64,000 nt of DNA, from contig OZ024743.1 in assembly GCA_964016885.1 (NCBI GenBank), forward strand, positions 60,636,001 to 60,700,000, in the 5' to 3' direction. This document shows positions 1 to 15,606 of this stretch, piece after piece. Position 1 is the stretch's first letter, and the number at the start of each line of letters is the position of its first letter. Under the pieces are notes generated by a model. That model did not search any database, was not told the origin of the DNA, and worked only from the letters and a program-made list of their open reading frames with translations. The DNA is from Eledone cirrhosa. Lineage: Eukaryota. Position numbers and translations under genes: made by a program.

Positions 1-160
1 TATCTCAGTGCTTTAGTGGTACCTTTATTTAACAACCCTCCACAATGATGGGCTTGTACTTTATTTTTTCTCAAACCCTGGAGAATGAAAAGTAATGTTG
101 ACCCCGGCGGTATTTGAACTCAGAAACTAAATAGCCATAAGTAAATACCGTATGAGTTCT
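1..160 (-). mobile_element. Partial tRNA-derived SINE (Nin/Deu-like central domain)
   Basis: tggtac..tttattt..gaatgaaaag..gttgaccccggcggtatttgaactcagaa matches the fuller copies at 59945-61181. Confidence 0.6.
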
Positions 161-580
161 ATCGATTCTGAAATTCCAATAGAAAACTGAAAACCCTAAC
201 CACTAAGCCACTTCTCATCACCATATTTCGTACAGTTCTCAACGGATAGAAAAAAAATGGTACCATTAAGATTTCTAAAATTTGAGATAGAAATCTTATA
301 ACGTTTCCTATTTCCTGGATTTCTCGTATTTCAAAGATTCTTTTCTTGTATTTCAAAGATAAATATTGAAAGACTATTAGAAGGAAAATAAACGTAATAT
401 ATGTATTATCCGTGAGATAAGAATATGAAGAGGAATACAAATCATTCCCTGCAGATTCACAAATTATCTTGAGTGGAAAATGTGGTTAATGTCGAAAGGA
501 CATCACTATATTTAGATTTAATATATACATACACAAAACACACATACACGTGCGTATATATATATACACACACACATATG

Positions 581-675
<95 letters not shown>

Positions 676-831
676 ATAGTATATTATATTATACTGTGTT
701 ATATTTTATATAGTGAGAAGGTGTACAACATAACTAGAACTATTTCATTCGTACGAAGCCATCAGTAAATATTCTTTTCTATTATTGTATTGGGTACCGT
801 GTATAATATTTATATGTGCATGTATGCATGC

Positions 832-901
<70 letters not shown>

Positions 902-1073
902 ATATTTGGGGACGGTCATATTGTTGTAATAATATTGCCAGAAATAATAATAGAACACACTCACTGTTTGGTTTGGTTTGGTTTGGGTTGGTTTTCGCTT
1001 CTGTATATTTTATACCTCCATAGCTAATTTATCTGGCAATCAATGTTTATCATTGATTTACCAACGGTTAAAA

Positions 1074-1121
<48 letters not shown>

Positions 1122-1122
<1 letters not shown>

Positions 1123-1165
1123 ATCAAAGTTCTTTCGTCACGCATCTGTGACATCATCAGTGGTA
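1122..1165 (-). ncRNA. Minimal type I hammerhead ribozyme motif (same family as 14506)
   Basis: rc reads tacca CTGATGA t gtcac agatgc gtgac GAAA gaac TT|tgata; stem II gtcac/gtgac; abuts (TA)n. Confidence 0.6.
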
Positions 1166-2527
1166 CTATTATGCTTCCTCCCATTGTATTTTAATTCCTA
1201 AGCGATCTTTATTTTATTTATTTATTTAGTCTTGTCTCTGTCTCTGTTTGCGCATGCGTTTGCGTGTGTTTTCCCTGTTTGGTGTGTGTGTTCGCGTTTG
1301 AGTGTATGTGTTTTTGTATTCTATCTTTGTTCACAAGTGTGTTTGTTGTTATTGTACTTGTGTATGTATGTACTTGTGTATGTATTTATTTATTTATATT
1401 TCCCTTGGGTCAGTATTATGTGTTTGGGTATGGTTATTGTTGTTATTCTGTTCTTTCTGTTCAACTTTGGTTTTCTTAGTTCTATCTCAGTTGCTTCTCT
1501 GATTTGCTTACCTGTTGAGTTATTTCTATGCTTAGATATTATTTTAATTTCTATGCTCTCTATATACATGTATCTATCTAACTATTAAGTAAGTCCGTTC
1601 TTGAACACCGCTGTTCATGTAAGTCTGTACAATATGTTACGTGGTCGCGTCGTCGGTGACTAAACCGGAAATCACACCAAGTTTGCTTTGTGAGGAGAGT
1701 GAATTTTGAAAATCCTGTGGAATGAAAGCAAAACCTCTCAAAAAGGGCGCAGAAACCATTCAATTCTGTGTTTTAAAAAAATGCTAGACAGAGCCTATTA
1801 TCCATTGTTGGCAGCCTGTCGATGGGAAGGATTATTGTTACTCGAAAACTGGGGTGGTGAACTCTTTAGTCACCTTGAAAACCTTTGGAGTAACCAATAT
1901 ATTTATTCTTGATATAAATAGGCATAATCTGCAGCTCCATAACATGCTTGCTAAAAATGGACGAAGGTGGATTAGAGACCCACCTATGTCAATATTTCCC
2001 AATGAGAATCTCAAGTATGTAGCATCATAGAGATGATCATTGGTGCAATTGATCATGGTCAGCGAACCTGAGCTATGAGAGACTACACATCTATCTACCC
2101 ATCTCTCTATATATGTTTCTCTCACACACTCACTCTCTCTCACTCTCTCTCACTCTCTCTGTACGTGTGTGTGTGTGTGTGTGTGTGCATGCCTGTGTAT
2201 GTGTATTGATACACACACATACAATCACACACATGTGCGTGTGTGCTTGTAAGCATATATATGTATATTGATATACACACACACATACAATCACAAACAT
2301 ATATTCATGTATGTATATGTATGTTTTTCAAGTTATGGTGACTTTTTTTTCGTTTCTGCCACCTCCCATTCTCCTCAAACTTTCTATCGGATCAAGGACC
2401 AGCGTCCAAAAGTTTAAGACTCTTTTCCAGCTATATCAAGCCTAAAACTAATATATTTCTTTATAGTACTGTGTTATCGTTTTCTTTGTTATTTCTGTTT
2501 GCCTTTTGCATACATACCCCCCCCCCC

Positions 2528-2567
<40 letters not shown>

Positions 2568-2742
2568 ATAATAATAAATTTGAAGACTAAAATCCAAAGA
2601 GGGCTCGATAAGGATAAATATATATCAAATATATAAGAACCGTAGAGCAAATATTTGTTAGTTTCAGAAGATCCCATTAAGGGTGAAAGCAGCGATTCTT
2701 TGCTTAAACTTTAATCTGTTATTTTAATAAATATATATATAT

Positions 2743-2948
2743 AACGAAGCAAGTGTGGTAAAGAACTAGGTGGACCATAACGCACCATAGTACTCGATAC
2801 GTAAGGTGGTAGAGTGGGTAACAGGAAAAGAGCCAGGACCCCGACGGCTGAGCTCCGGCCGTTTCGACAGCTAGATCTGAACAGTTTTCAGAACTAGATC
2901 TCGAAACGGCCGGAGCTCAGCCGTCGGGGCCTTGACTCTTTTTTTTCC
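2743..2948 (-). mobile_element. Fold-back mini-element family B in (TA)n
   Basis: About 80-nt unique tail plus inverted arms 2824-2948; homologs at 10608, 36616, 44971, 56251, 58569. Confidence 0.8.
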
Positions 2949-3212
2949 TATATATATATAGACTAGAAAACAAAAAATCTCTCTTGTGAGAGAATATACT
3001 CCGAAATCATTAGCCGTGTCCGTCGAACCTGCAGGTCCAGAATCAGACAGATCCACACAATGATCACGCCGGCGAGACAATTTTAACACACAATAAAGTC
3101 AGTTCAGATGCATCACTAATTTCTCGTCTTCTATTCTATCATACTCTGCTCTGTAAGAACATAGAGTGCTCAACCGGCATACCGCCTATGGAAGCATCTT
3201 AGCTACCATTAG

Positions 3213-3261
<49 letters not shown>

Positions 3262-3263
<2 letters not shown>

Positions 3264-3764
3264 ATGACATATGTAGGGAATAGAAATGGTTGTGTAGTTG
3301 CTATTTAAGGTAAATTAAAATGCAGTGGGAATATGAAGAAAGCAAGAACGAGGGGGGAGTTTTTCTCATCAGTTGTCTACTGAGGGTCTCGGATATTTCT
3401 ACGCTTTAAAGACAAGATACCACTTCGCCCCAGGGCGTCAATAACTGGATAAGTTATGTGGAAAACGAAGGAAGGAGGGAAAGAAAGCAAAGGGGAAGAA
3501 AAGAGAAAACAGTAACAAAACAGCGAAAAAAAACAACCCCCTTACTTCCTCTCCCTTTCTCCCTCTCACTTTCACCTCCTCGTCTGACCGTTTAGCAGTT
3601 CTCTTCTCACTTACAACTGCGGCGATCGGACGTGTGTCTTGTTCCTCTCGACTACTCAGCCTTGAACTTAAGTTCTCTTATCGAGTGGTCTAGGATTTCC
3701 TACCTATAGTTGCTCGCACATTGCTCGGTGTGTTGTTTTTTCTCTCGCTGTCTTGTTACTGTTT

Positions 3765-3796
<32 letters not shown>

Positions 3797-4552
3797 TTCT
3801 TCGTTTTCCCAATAACTTATCCAGTTATTGACGCCCTGGGCGGTAGATATCTTGTCTTTAAAGCGTAGAAATATCCGAGACCCCCCGTAGACAACTGATG
3901 AGGAAGACTCCCCTCCCCCACCCCCGGTATTGCTTTATTCGTATTCCCACTGTATTTTAAGTTACCTTAAATAGCAACTACACAGCCATTTCTATTCTCC
4001 ATATATTTCATCATGTTTTTCGCTGTGACCATTTTTCTCTTCCCTTCTACCTACCTATTTCGCCTCTTTCTACTCTCACATCCTTCTTTCTTCCATTCCC
4101 TTTCTCCCTATCTACTCTTACCCCTATTTCTTCCTCTCCCTTTCTCCATCTCACTTTCACCTCCTCGTCTGACCGTTCAGCAGTTCTCTTCTCACTTACA
4201 ACTGCGGCGATCGGACGTGTGTCTTGTTCCTCTCGACTACTCAGTCTTGAACTTAAGTTCTATTATCGAGTGGTCTAGGATTTCCTACCTATAGTTGCTC
4301 GCACATTACTCGGTGTGTTGTTTTTTCTCTCGCTGTTTTGTTACTGTTTTCTCTTTCCTTCCCCTTTGCTTTCCTTCCTTCATTTTCCCCAAAACTTATC
4401 CAGTTATTGACGCCCTGGGGTGAAGTAGTATCTTGTCTTTAAAGCATAGAAATATCCGAGACCCCCAGTAGACAACTGATGAGGAAAACTCCCCCTAACC
4501 CCCACCCCCACCACCGTGCTTGCTTTCTTCGTATTCCCACTGCATTTTAAGT
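3262..4552. mobile_element. Partial-tandem and inverted repeat element cluster (PLE pseudo-LTR-like)
   Basis: Segment A at 3798-4015 and 4380-4552 (+) and 3262-3470 (-); segment B at 3538-3775 and 4120-4355; pieces bounded by (TA)n. Confidence 0.7.
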
Positions 4553-4573
4553 AATATATATATATATAAATAT

Positions 4574-4639
<66 letters not shown>

Positions 4640-4861
4640 TTGGTGACTTGTGTATAATAAAACATAAAAACAGCCAAACACTAGATGGATGATCACTCAA
4701 TATACAGAAGCAGGGTATAAATTGTATTTCACAAAGAATGTGGCAGTCACTTAACAGCACCGGTTGCAATAAGACACTTTGGAGGTTAATTACATAAGCA
4801 TGCATGTAAATACGTACGTATGTATGTAGGTAGGCAAGTACGTATGTACCCATGCATGCCC

Positions 4862-4958
<97 letters not shown>

Positions 4959-5074
4959 ACTAACTCTTTTGTTTTCATTGTTCAACATGACGCATACACA
5001 CAAATATATATACATATATATATGTGAGTGTATATATATATATATATGTAATATATATATATATATATTTAATA

Positions 5075-5190
5075 TAGGTTTTCTACAGGACTAGAATTCT
5101 TTCATTCGGGAGAAATCATCAGAAATCATCAGGAAGCGGGTTCCTGATGATTTCTCCCGAATGAAACAGCTCTTGTACTGTAGAAGCCTA
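5075..5190 (+). mobile_element. Fold-back mini-element family A with hammerhead motif (5141-5185)
   Basis: Inverted arms around gcggg; ttc CTGATGA tttctcccgaat GAA acag ctcttgta ctgt A|gaa. Confidence 0.7.
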
Positions 5191-5199
5191 GTAGATATT

Positions 5200-5706
<507 letters not shown>

Positions 5707-5707
5707 G

Positions 5708-5871
5708 TCCCAAGCTTCTGATACCATCAACATTATAAACACAGAGCTGGCATTTCTAAAGAACTGACTAACTGCCTGATGAGGTCATAGCCATTCAATG
5801 GCTATCATCGAAATATATATACCAGTAAATAAAGGATTATAAGTTCATGCAATTGACTTATGTTTCGTCAC
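5708..5871 (+). mobile_element. About 163-bp hammerhead mini-element family D, copy 1
   Basis: Same ends (tcccaag...gtcac) as 41211-41373; actgc CTGATGA..atagccat/atggctat..GAAA tatatata|ccagt; (TA)n on both sides. Confidence 0.8.
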
Positions 5872-5874
5872 TAT

Positions 5875-5937
<63 letters not shown>

Positions 5938-6093
5938 CCTGCCTCCTGTTCGTTAGAGTACACGATATTCTTTCACCACCGCCTTCCATATCTATTTATA
6001 CATTTAGTGGTTAATAATTGCTTGCTATCTTTTGAGTTAAACATCTCTCTCTCTCTCTCTCTTTCTCTCTCCCCCCTCTCTCTCGCTCTCCCC

Positions 6094-6133
<40 letters not shown>

Positions 6134-6179
6134 ATATATATATATATATATAAATATATATAAATATATATATATATAA

Positions 6180-6224
<45 letters not shown>

Positions 6225-6389
6225 ACACACACACAAACACACTCTCTCTCTCCTCTCTGACACTCTCTTTCTACCTCTCTGAAACCCTATACCCTTATCT
6301 CCCTTCCCCTTTCAAAGATACACACACCCCTAACACACAGAAGGGATTATATAATATAGTATCTCCGGCGTGGGAGGGTGTTAGCATTT

Positions 6390-6425
<36 letters not shown>

Positions 6426-6436
6426 CAGTATATATA

Positions 6437-6477
<41 letters not shown>

Positions 6478-6492
6478 TTTAATATACATTCA

Positions 6493-6523
<31 letters not shown>

Positions 6524-6535
6524 TAATATACATTC

Positions 6536-6727
<192 letters not shown>

Positions 6728-6750
6728 TCATATATATATCTATATATACA

Positions 6751-7192
<442 letters not shown>

Positions 7193-7974
7193 GTACATAT
7201 ATACATTCGACTGCACTATATGAACCTCATCAGGTGTCGCCCTAATCCACTGACAAGCAGATCAAATACAAAGCTCCATTCTAAAATACATTTGATTGTT
7301 TAACACTATACACACTTCCCACTTCCAACTACCCACCCAAACACACACACTCGTATATATGTGCGTGTGCGTGTGTGTGTCAGAGAGAGAGAGAGAGAGA
7401 GTTTGTTAGTTTGGTTTCTTTAGTTTTGTTCGTTTATAATAGTATACTTCCCAGTTTAGTCGGCATGTCTCTGTTGCACTCCGCAGTAAATGGGCGAATC
7501 GTTGCCCCTGCTGCTTCTCCATATCTGCCCCACATTGCTCCTTCCTCAGGTGGGTTGCACTCATCCTGACTTTGTGGAAGAAACGTCAGTTCAGAGTTGG
7601 TGGGCCCCAATGAGCTTTATTCAGACCGGCACAAAAGGTCTTACTTTAATTCCTGGCTATCATGAATGCCTTAATTTCATGTTCAAAGGAAATAATCTTT
7701 CTTGCCCACAATATAAATTTCGATGCCATATGCGCTTAACTCCAGAAAGATTCGTAGGAGCGCTGTTGGAACATTTAAAAACTGGCTGAATCTATTGCAC
7801 TCAAATTGGGAACACAGCCGGGAGAGTGAAAAAAGTGGTAGAAATAGTGAAAAATCGAATCCAGCATTGGGTAAAGCAGATCTTGAAAGACTGAAAAGCA
7901 AAGAAGACCGAGGCAGGATTTGAACTCAGAGCGGAGAAGGTCGGAACATGTCATGTCTACCATATAAATTGTTA

Positions 7975-8095
7975 ACTAAAAAGATGGTGTCACCATGGAT
8001 TCTCCTTTCGACCCGAGGTTTCTGATACTCTATATAGTGCCAATATAGTATATTGTGTTATATATACGTCGGATATATGGATGACAAACTCACCG
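7975..8095 (+). pseudogene. Highly decayed PLE-type reverse transcriptase fragment
   Basis: DGVTMDSPFDP (cf. GxAMGSPLxP) followed after a frameshift by YVGYMDD. Confidence 0.35.
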
Positions 8096-8398
8096 GAAAA
8101 TGCGAACAATAAACCATTATTTTTTTACCAACTGTGTTAACAATCCAGTATGATTTTGTGAAGATATTGCTATTTCTCGCAGCTTGGACACCGACGTGAA
8201 TAATAACTTGTTGCTTGCCGTTAGAGTACACAATATAGTTTCATATAGGAACTATTTATATAAATATTCAGCAGTGAATGTTTGTAGGGGGTGCCTTCAG
8301 TAATCTCTCCCCACCACTTTCTTAGTTTCTCCCACTCTCTAGGTCTCTGTCTATATCTCTATAAATCACTCTTTCTCTCTCCCTATATATATATATAG

Positions 8399-8870
8399 AT
8401 TCTTTCCTCACGCACACTTCAACCAGGTCGGATGGTCTTTATTCTCCCTCGTCTACGATTTCACAGAACTTATGTTCATCGATTTCAATGACTTGACTCC
8501 TTCTTCCTCCCGTTTGACCTGTGCGAAATTCTTTCCTTGCTCACATTTCGACCAGGTTTGATGGTCTTTATTCTCTCTCGTCCACGATTTCACAGAACTT
8601 ATGTTCATCGATTTCAGGGACTTGACTCCTTCTTCCTCACTTTTCGTTGCATTACCATCTTTGTTTGTTTACTATCTCGCTCGTCCCCCCTATTTACGTG
8701 TCCCAACGACTTTCTTTAGCCGTTGCTCGCAGCAACCGGAGGTATATGGTCTGTAAAGCGATGAAATACCAATGAAGGTTGGAAGAGCACTGATGACGGA
8801 CTAAATTTATTCATATGTATCCCAATTGCAACCACGCAGCACGCCGTGTTTTCATATTCATATATATATA
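8399..8870 (+). repeat. About 130-bp tandem duplication followed by a dispersed repeat shared with 13710-13910
   Basis: 8399-8510 resembles 8528-8638; 8680-8870 resembles 13710-13910. Confidence 0.7.
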
Positions 8871-9015
8871 TATATATATACGTATGTGAGCTAATAAACC
8901 TTTGTTTGTACTGCCTCTCTGTTTTGTTCCCATTCCATTTTTCACTATATATATATATATATATACATAAGTATATATATATATGTGTGTGTGTGTGTGT
9001 ATAAACATAATTATA

Positions 9016-9048
<33 letters not shown>

Positions 9049-9656
9049 GGTGGCTGCCAACTCGTTTTCGAGTACGGCCACTACTTTATATCCATGTAGG
9101 AGAACCCCTACCGTTGCGCTGAACGAGTGTGACTTTTTAGTCCAGCCAGCGACTTGAAAACTCTGGTACAAACACTACACCTGTGACAACTATTAACACA
9201 CAGTGCTGGGCCCATGGTACCATGTGATGACAAGTGCAGAGAGATCTCCAGATATAAAGCAATGCCTGTGCCGTGAAGCTTTTATAGTGAGCAAAGGCAC
9301 TGCACAAAGCCAGTCCCACTCTCTTAACCAAGATGATATTTACCAAAAAGAAGAACAAGTCAACATCATTGGATATCATCAGGGTTGCAGGTGTTATATC
9401 AGAGTTTTCCTTCTCCTAGAATTCTGCCTTGACAAAGGCTAAGGGGTCATCTCTCCCAGTGATTTGGGATGGCCATTGACTCTAAAGAGCTCCTTTGCCC
9501 TTTGACAGGTTTTGTTTTTAGTCCTGCAGGATGTCCAAAGTCACCCTCCTCACCAAGAAACCTTGGTGGGGTTGCCAGTTTAGTCGCCAACGACCCGACC
9601 ATGGGACAGGTTGTACTGGGATACATGTTACCAGTAGCACCAACTGGTGACCTGAC
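9049..9656. mobile_element. About 610-bp non-coding retroposon-like element (family E), copy 1
   Basis: Near-identical, same ends as 17656-18264; partial copy 37455-37633; microsatellite flanks. Confidence 0.85.
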
Positions 9657-9800
9657 ATATATATATATATATACATACATACACACATACATATCACTTG
9701 TCACGCTAATCCATAGACAAAGAGATCAAAACCAAAGCTTAAGTGCAAATACTACGTGTATGCATTCAAATATTTACATACTCTCACACGCACAAAGGTC

Positions 9801-9959
<159 letters not shown>

Positions 9960-10057
9960 CGAGAGAGAGAGAGAGGGTGAGCGAGAGACTTATTTATACA
10001 TATACATACATAGATCTCTCTATTTCTCTTTATGTATATATATATATATATTTGTGA

Positions 10058-10150
10058 AGGCGTGTGGCTGAGTCGTTAGAGAATAGGATTCGTAATCGTA
10101 AGTTTGTGAGTTCGATTCCTGGACCAGGCGATGCGTTATGTCCTTGAGCA
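10058..10150 (+). mobile_element. tRNA-derived SINE head
   Basis: A-box ggctgagtcgttag, B-box gttcgattcc, then gtccttgagcaagacactttatttcac. Confidence 0.7.
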
Positions 10151-10242
10151 AGACACTTTATTTCACGTTACATGGAGTTGCGACCGATAGATAGTACTAG
10201 CAATTGGAAAGACCAACGTTAACATTGTTTCCTCGGTCCGAT

Positions 10243-10526
10243 TTGACGAAAGTCGATCGATCAAAATATATATATATAAAGTAAGCTTGATTTAATATAT
10301 CCCACTCGGATAAATATATAGGGAAATGAAGTTGGAAATGCAATAGAAATATTTAAGAAGGTATATTTACAATGATATATCACTTTACCGGTTTCATATG
10401 TTTCATGATTTTCATAAGTTATGAGTGATTGAGAAATGCGTGGCTGTTATTCGCATGCGAGTAAAGTTATAAATTATTGTAAAGAAAGCACTTTTAATTA
10501 CTCTAATTGCATATCCATACATACAT

Positions 10527-10584
<58 letters not shown>

Positions 10585-10761
10585 CTGTGTGTCTGTGTGT
10601 GTGTGTGTAACAAAGAGGGTGTAGTAAGAAACCAGGTGGACCATAATGCACCAGAGTATTCGATATTTGGAGAAGTAGAGTGGATAATATAAAAAGATTC
10701 AGGACTCCGACGGTTCTAGTTGTCGAAACGCCCAGAGCTTAGCCGTTGGGGTCCTGAATCT

Positions 10762-10801
<40 letters not shown>

Positions 10802-10845
10802 TACCAAATATATATATATATATAACCAAATATATAAAAATATAC

Positions 10846-10882
<37 letters not shown>

Positions 10883-11008
10883 AAATTGACGTATATATAT
10901 ATTTCTATTGCATTTCCAACTTCATTTCCCTATATATTTATCCGAGTGGGATATATTAAGACAAGCTTACTTTATATATATATATTTTGATCGATCGACT
11001 TTCGTCAA
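10243..11008. repeat. About 110-bp inverted repeats flanking nested inserts
   Basis: 10243-10352 is the near-perfect reverse complement of 10899-11008. Confidence 0.8.
10608..10765 (-). mobile_element. Fold-back mini-element family B
   Basis: Homologous to 2743-2948 with a different fold-back point. Confidence 0.75.
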
Positions 11009-11432
11009 TTTAAATTTAAAGATAATGCCACCCACACCCAGCGCATCAGCAAGGAATCTTACTTTATTAGCAAATACGGACCTCGTCTAAACACTTCTCC
11101 CTAAGACGAACCCACAACATACACACGTCAACATACATACCTACATCAGCACACATCTCTACCCACATATAAACACAATCACATACGTAAACACACATGC
11201 TCTATGGTGCAACACAAAAAAAATATGTGTGTATATTTATATATATATATATATATATAGTGAATATATGTATATATATATATATATATAGTGAATATCA
11301 TTTCACACCTTTTATTGTTAAGATTTTTGATGTTCTATTAAGAGAACCGATTTTACTGAAAATATCGAATAATGTACACCGTTTTACCAGGGGAAAAAAA
11401 TACTGGTGCACCCACACACACACACACACATT

Positions 11433-11482
<50 letters not shown>

Positions 11483-11657
11483 CACACACACACACATACA
11501 CACGCGTACATTAACATACAAAGAGACTTATACACACACACACACACTTCTCCGTATAAGACAAAAGCTGAAAAATATCTTTTGACATGCTAAAATACCT
11601 CCCCACTGCTTACAGACACATTCCTACTGACCATCCCTCTACCATGAATTACTCTGC

Positions 11658-11692
<35 letters not shown>

Positions 11693-11789
11693 ATCTTAAT
11701 AGCCATTTGACACACATCCCTGCTAACCATTATCACAACATCAAACACTTTACTACTACTACTACACACACACACACACACACATATTT

Positions 11790-12416
<627 letters not shown>

Positions 12417-12574
12417 TCTGCGTCTATGTTTAAACTCTCTATATTAATGTACTTCCAGACTCTAGTTTAAATGTAGCAGAGGATGAGAGAAACGTATAAA
12501 TATCAAGATTCCATCAGTAGAACTATCATCTGTTAAAGATGGCAACATTACGAATAAAGATAACAAATTGAGAT

Positions 12575-12890
12575 AATAATGGTTTCTAATTTAGGCACGA
12601 GGTCAGCATTTTGATGGAAAGAGAGACAAACTATTACATTGACGCTAGATCTTGTCTAGTCCATTATATTTTCGACATTAAAAGGACGAACGGCAAAGTT
12701 GACCTCGACGTGATTTAAACTCAGAAAAGAAAAGTATAATGGTTTATAATTTACGCACGATGTCAGCATTTTGAAGGAAAGAGAGACTAATTATTAAATC
12801 GACCCTAGATATTGTGCATTATACTATCGACACTGAAAGGACAAACGGCAAAGTTGACCTCGGCGTGATTTAAACTCAGAAAAGAAAAAT
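12575..12890 (-). mobile_element. Two tandem partial Nin-type SINEs
   Basis: Repeated ggcaaagttgacctcg.cgtgatttaaactcaga blocks. Confidence 0.65.
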
Positions 12891-13186
12891 AACAACAAAA
12901 CGCATGGCTTTGTAGTCAAGGAATTCATTTTCCCAGCAAGAAATTTCAGGTTCACTTTTATTGTTACACTCTGGAAGTCTTCTATTAAATATTAACCAAT
13001 GGCGTATGAGTGAAATTTGGTAAACGGAAACTACAGAATCGCGTCAAATCTCTCTCTCTCTCTTTCTCCCTCTCTCTCTCTCCCCCCCTCTCTCTTTCTA
13101 TCTCTCTCTCTTTCTCCCTCTCTCTCTCCTCCCCCTCTCTCTTTCTATCTCTCTCTCTCTCTCTATCGTTAACAATCATATATATA

Positions 13187-13387
13187 TAGAAGTGGTTACA
13201 CAACAGTTAGTTCACCATACCGAGAACAATTGTTTCACCTTAGCGGATCCTCAGCTGAGGATCCGCTAAGGTGAAACAATTGTTCTCGGTATGGTGAACT
13301 AACTGTTGTGTAACCACTTCTACCTAACTCGTCCCATGGACTGAGTGATCTACCACTACGGATATTACCTTCCAGTGTTCTACCACT
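13187..13387 (+). mobile_element. Fold-back mini-element family C; perfect 136-bp palindrome with hammerhead motif
   Basis: 13187-13322 perfect 68-bp arms centred on cag|ctg; CTGAGGA t cc gctaa gg t GAA ac aatt gt T|ctc; 65-nt tail; homolog 52817-53029. Confidence 0.85.
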
Positions 13388-13517
13388 ATATATATATATA
13401 TAAAGGACGATTTCTTATGTCTTCATTATGTTTATGACGGTGTCGATAAAATAAAGTACCAGTAATGCACTGGGTAATTGCTGGCCTTGTGCCTAAAGTA
13501 GAGACAATTATGTTTAT

Positions 13518-13602
13518 GGTGACGCGCGTTTCGCTATTGATCAGCTCAAGGTTCAATCTGCATCGATTTGGCCCGACTCTGTAATAAAAAGCTCGTCGGA
13601 TC
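13518..13602 (-). ncRNA. Type I hammerhead motif with long stem II (family G)
   Basis: rc: gat CCGACGA gct...agc GAA ac gcgc gt C|acc; homolog 57357-57441. Confidence 0.65.
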
Positions 13603-14025
13603 TCTGCTGTGGTAATGAATTTAAACATCGAGTGTTCACCTGGGTGAACCTACAGTAATTGAACGTTACACTCCATGCATATATATATATATATATACGT
13701 ATATATATGTCTAGCTCGCTTCACCCTATTCTACGTGTCCCAATAACTTTTTTTTAGTTATTGCTCGCACCAGCCAGAGGTATATGATCTTCAATGCGAA
13801 GAAACACCAATGACGGCTGGAAGATCACTGATGACGGACGCCTTATCTTCTGTTCGAATTCTATTCATATGTATCCCATTTGCAACAACGCAGCACGCCA
13901 TTTTTCATATATATATATATATTTAAAGGTTAAACACGGTTCAATGAATAAATCAAAGAATGAGTTTTAAATAGATTGGAAGCACTCAACGGGTAAAGCT
14001 TTCCAGAGTTATTAATATTAATTCA

Positions 14026-14084
14026 TTATCTGATGAGGACGTACTGTTGAAGTTAACTCAGTACCTCTGAAATATGTATAATAA
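14026..14084 (+). ncRNA. Minimal type I hammerhead motif
   Basis: ttat CTGATGA ggac gtactg..cagtac ctct GAAA tatgta TA|ataa, in a 210-bp insert (13923-14135) between (TA)n. Confidence 0.68.
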
Positions 14085-14129
14085 AATATACTTGATCACA
14101 AGAATATCTATTTTGTTAATATTTTGAAT

Positions 14130-14202
<73 letters not shown>

Positions 14203-14204
<2 letters not shown>

Positions 14205-14756
14205 ATTGTTATACTTTGGGAGGGTCATGTTGCCAATAAGAAACACACGCACCTGTTGTTTCAATTCAATTTATTATAATAAATTTAGAAATTTATAAAT
14301 TTATAAATTTATAAATTTCCGGTTGGTTGGTTGGTTCCACAACCAGATGGTTGTTTATATATTGTCAAAGTTCTTTCGTAACACATTATATTACCTCTTC
14401 AGTGACTGGGGATTCTTTTCTTTGTTTTTGTGCCTCTCCACACAGAAACAAGATGGCGTAGGACAGAACAAAGGAGAGGCACAAAAACAAAGAAACGAAT
14501 CCCCAGTCACTGAAGTGGTCACAGAATGTGTGACGAAAGAACTTTGACAATATATAAACAACCATCTGGTTGTGGAACCAACCAACCAACCGGAAATTTA
14601 TAAATTCATAAATTTATAAATTTATTATATTAAATTGAAGTGAAAGCTACTGGTGCGTGTGTTTCTTATTGGCAACATAACCCTCCCAAAGTATAACAAT
14701 ATCGGTTTCAACACACGTTTTCAGATAAAGAATCTTGCTAAACAAATTCAGAAACG

Positions 14757-14760
<4 letters not shown>
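14203..14760 (+). mobile_element. Fold-back element with about 230-bp arms and hammerhead motif at 14506-14548
   Basis: 14206-14439 inverted versus 14473-14702, then about 58-nt tail; gtca CTGAAG(A/T) g gtcaca..tgtgac GAAA gaac TT|tgac. Confidence 0.8.
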
Positions 14761-14845
<85 letters not shown>

Positions 14846-15155
14846 TTGAAAATTAGAATTGGTGCTCTGAAATAGCTATATATATATGAATGTATATATA
14901 TAGTGTATTTTGCAATACACTGTATGTTTAATTAAAAGCATTTCGGAGACCTTATACTATTGTTTTAGAGTAGTGATAGACTCACTTACTTTAATTTCAG
15001 CAAACACGGGGAGATAAAGCGGGCAAGGCCTTGTTTCGCATTTATTGATGCTTATCAAAGCCAACTACTCCTCCTGTTTACTGAAATCATGGATGTTTGG
15101 TTCTTATAGAATTCTAGTAAATAATCAGGAACTGATTATACAGAGCGGTTGCCGG

Positions 15156-15204
<49 letters not shown>

Positions 15205-15606
15205 AAACAACAAGAATCGTAGATGGTCTGTGGCAACAATAACACCGAAATCATGGACCGTCTCCAAATCAAATATATTCTCTATTCGTGTTTGACGTAA
15301 TTCCTTTTACTGATTAACTAACTTTGGAACCCGTCCCTGACAATTTCGCCAAGTACTTGCGTAACTAGGCGATTGCAATATATATATATGGTATTTGTTT
15401 GTTTGTTTTTTGTTCTTGTAACAATTAAACTTTAAAGGCTTGTTTCTATTCTGGCCTCCTGCTGTTTTAATTAAATAAATATCTAACTTCGTTCCTACAC
15501 CAGCCACGGGATTCAACATTTACGACGGATGGGTTGCTTAACGTAGAATACTTTTATTACTAATACAACATGGTGAACCGCACAAATATATATATATATA
15601 TATATA

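Noticed and set aside
1600-2090. Possible decayed Tc1-like transposase on the minus strand
   Set aside because: No recognisable catalytic motif could be reconstructed by eye
2860-2925. Complete hammerhead in family B
   Set aside because: Only hairpin plus GAAAC is visible; no copy retains CTGANGA and the NUH site is non-canonical
8239-8280. Possible hammerheads at 8239-8274(-), 7205-7240(-), 8790, 13828, 10385(-), 40700 and 58320
   Set aside because: Core mutated or stems I/III do not pair; too degenerate to call
14203-14702. Palindromes as long-read fold-back assembly artefacts
   Set aside because: Most arms carry mismatches, families recur at independent loci with different centres, and unique sequence resumes beyond them; the perfect 13187 case still merits a read check
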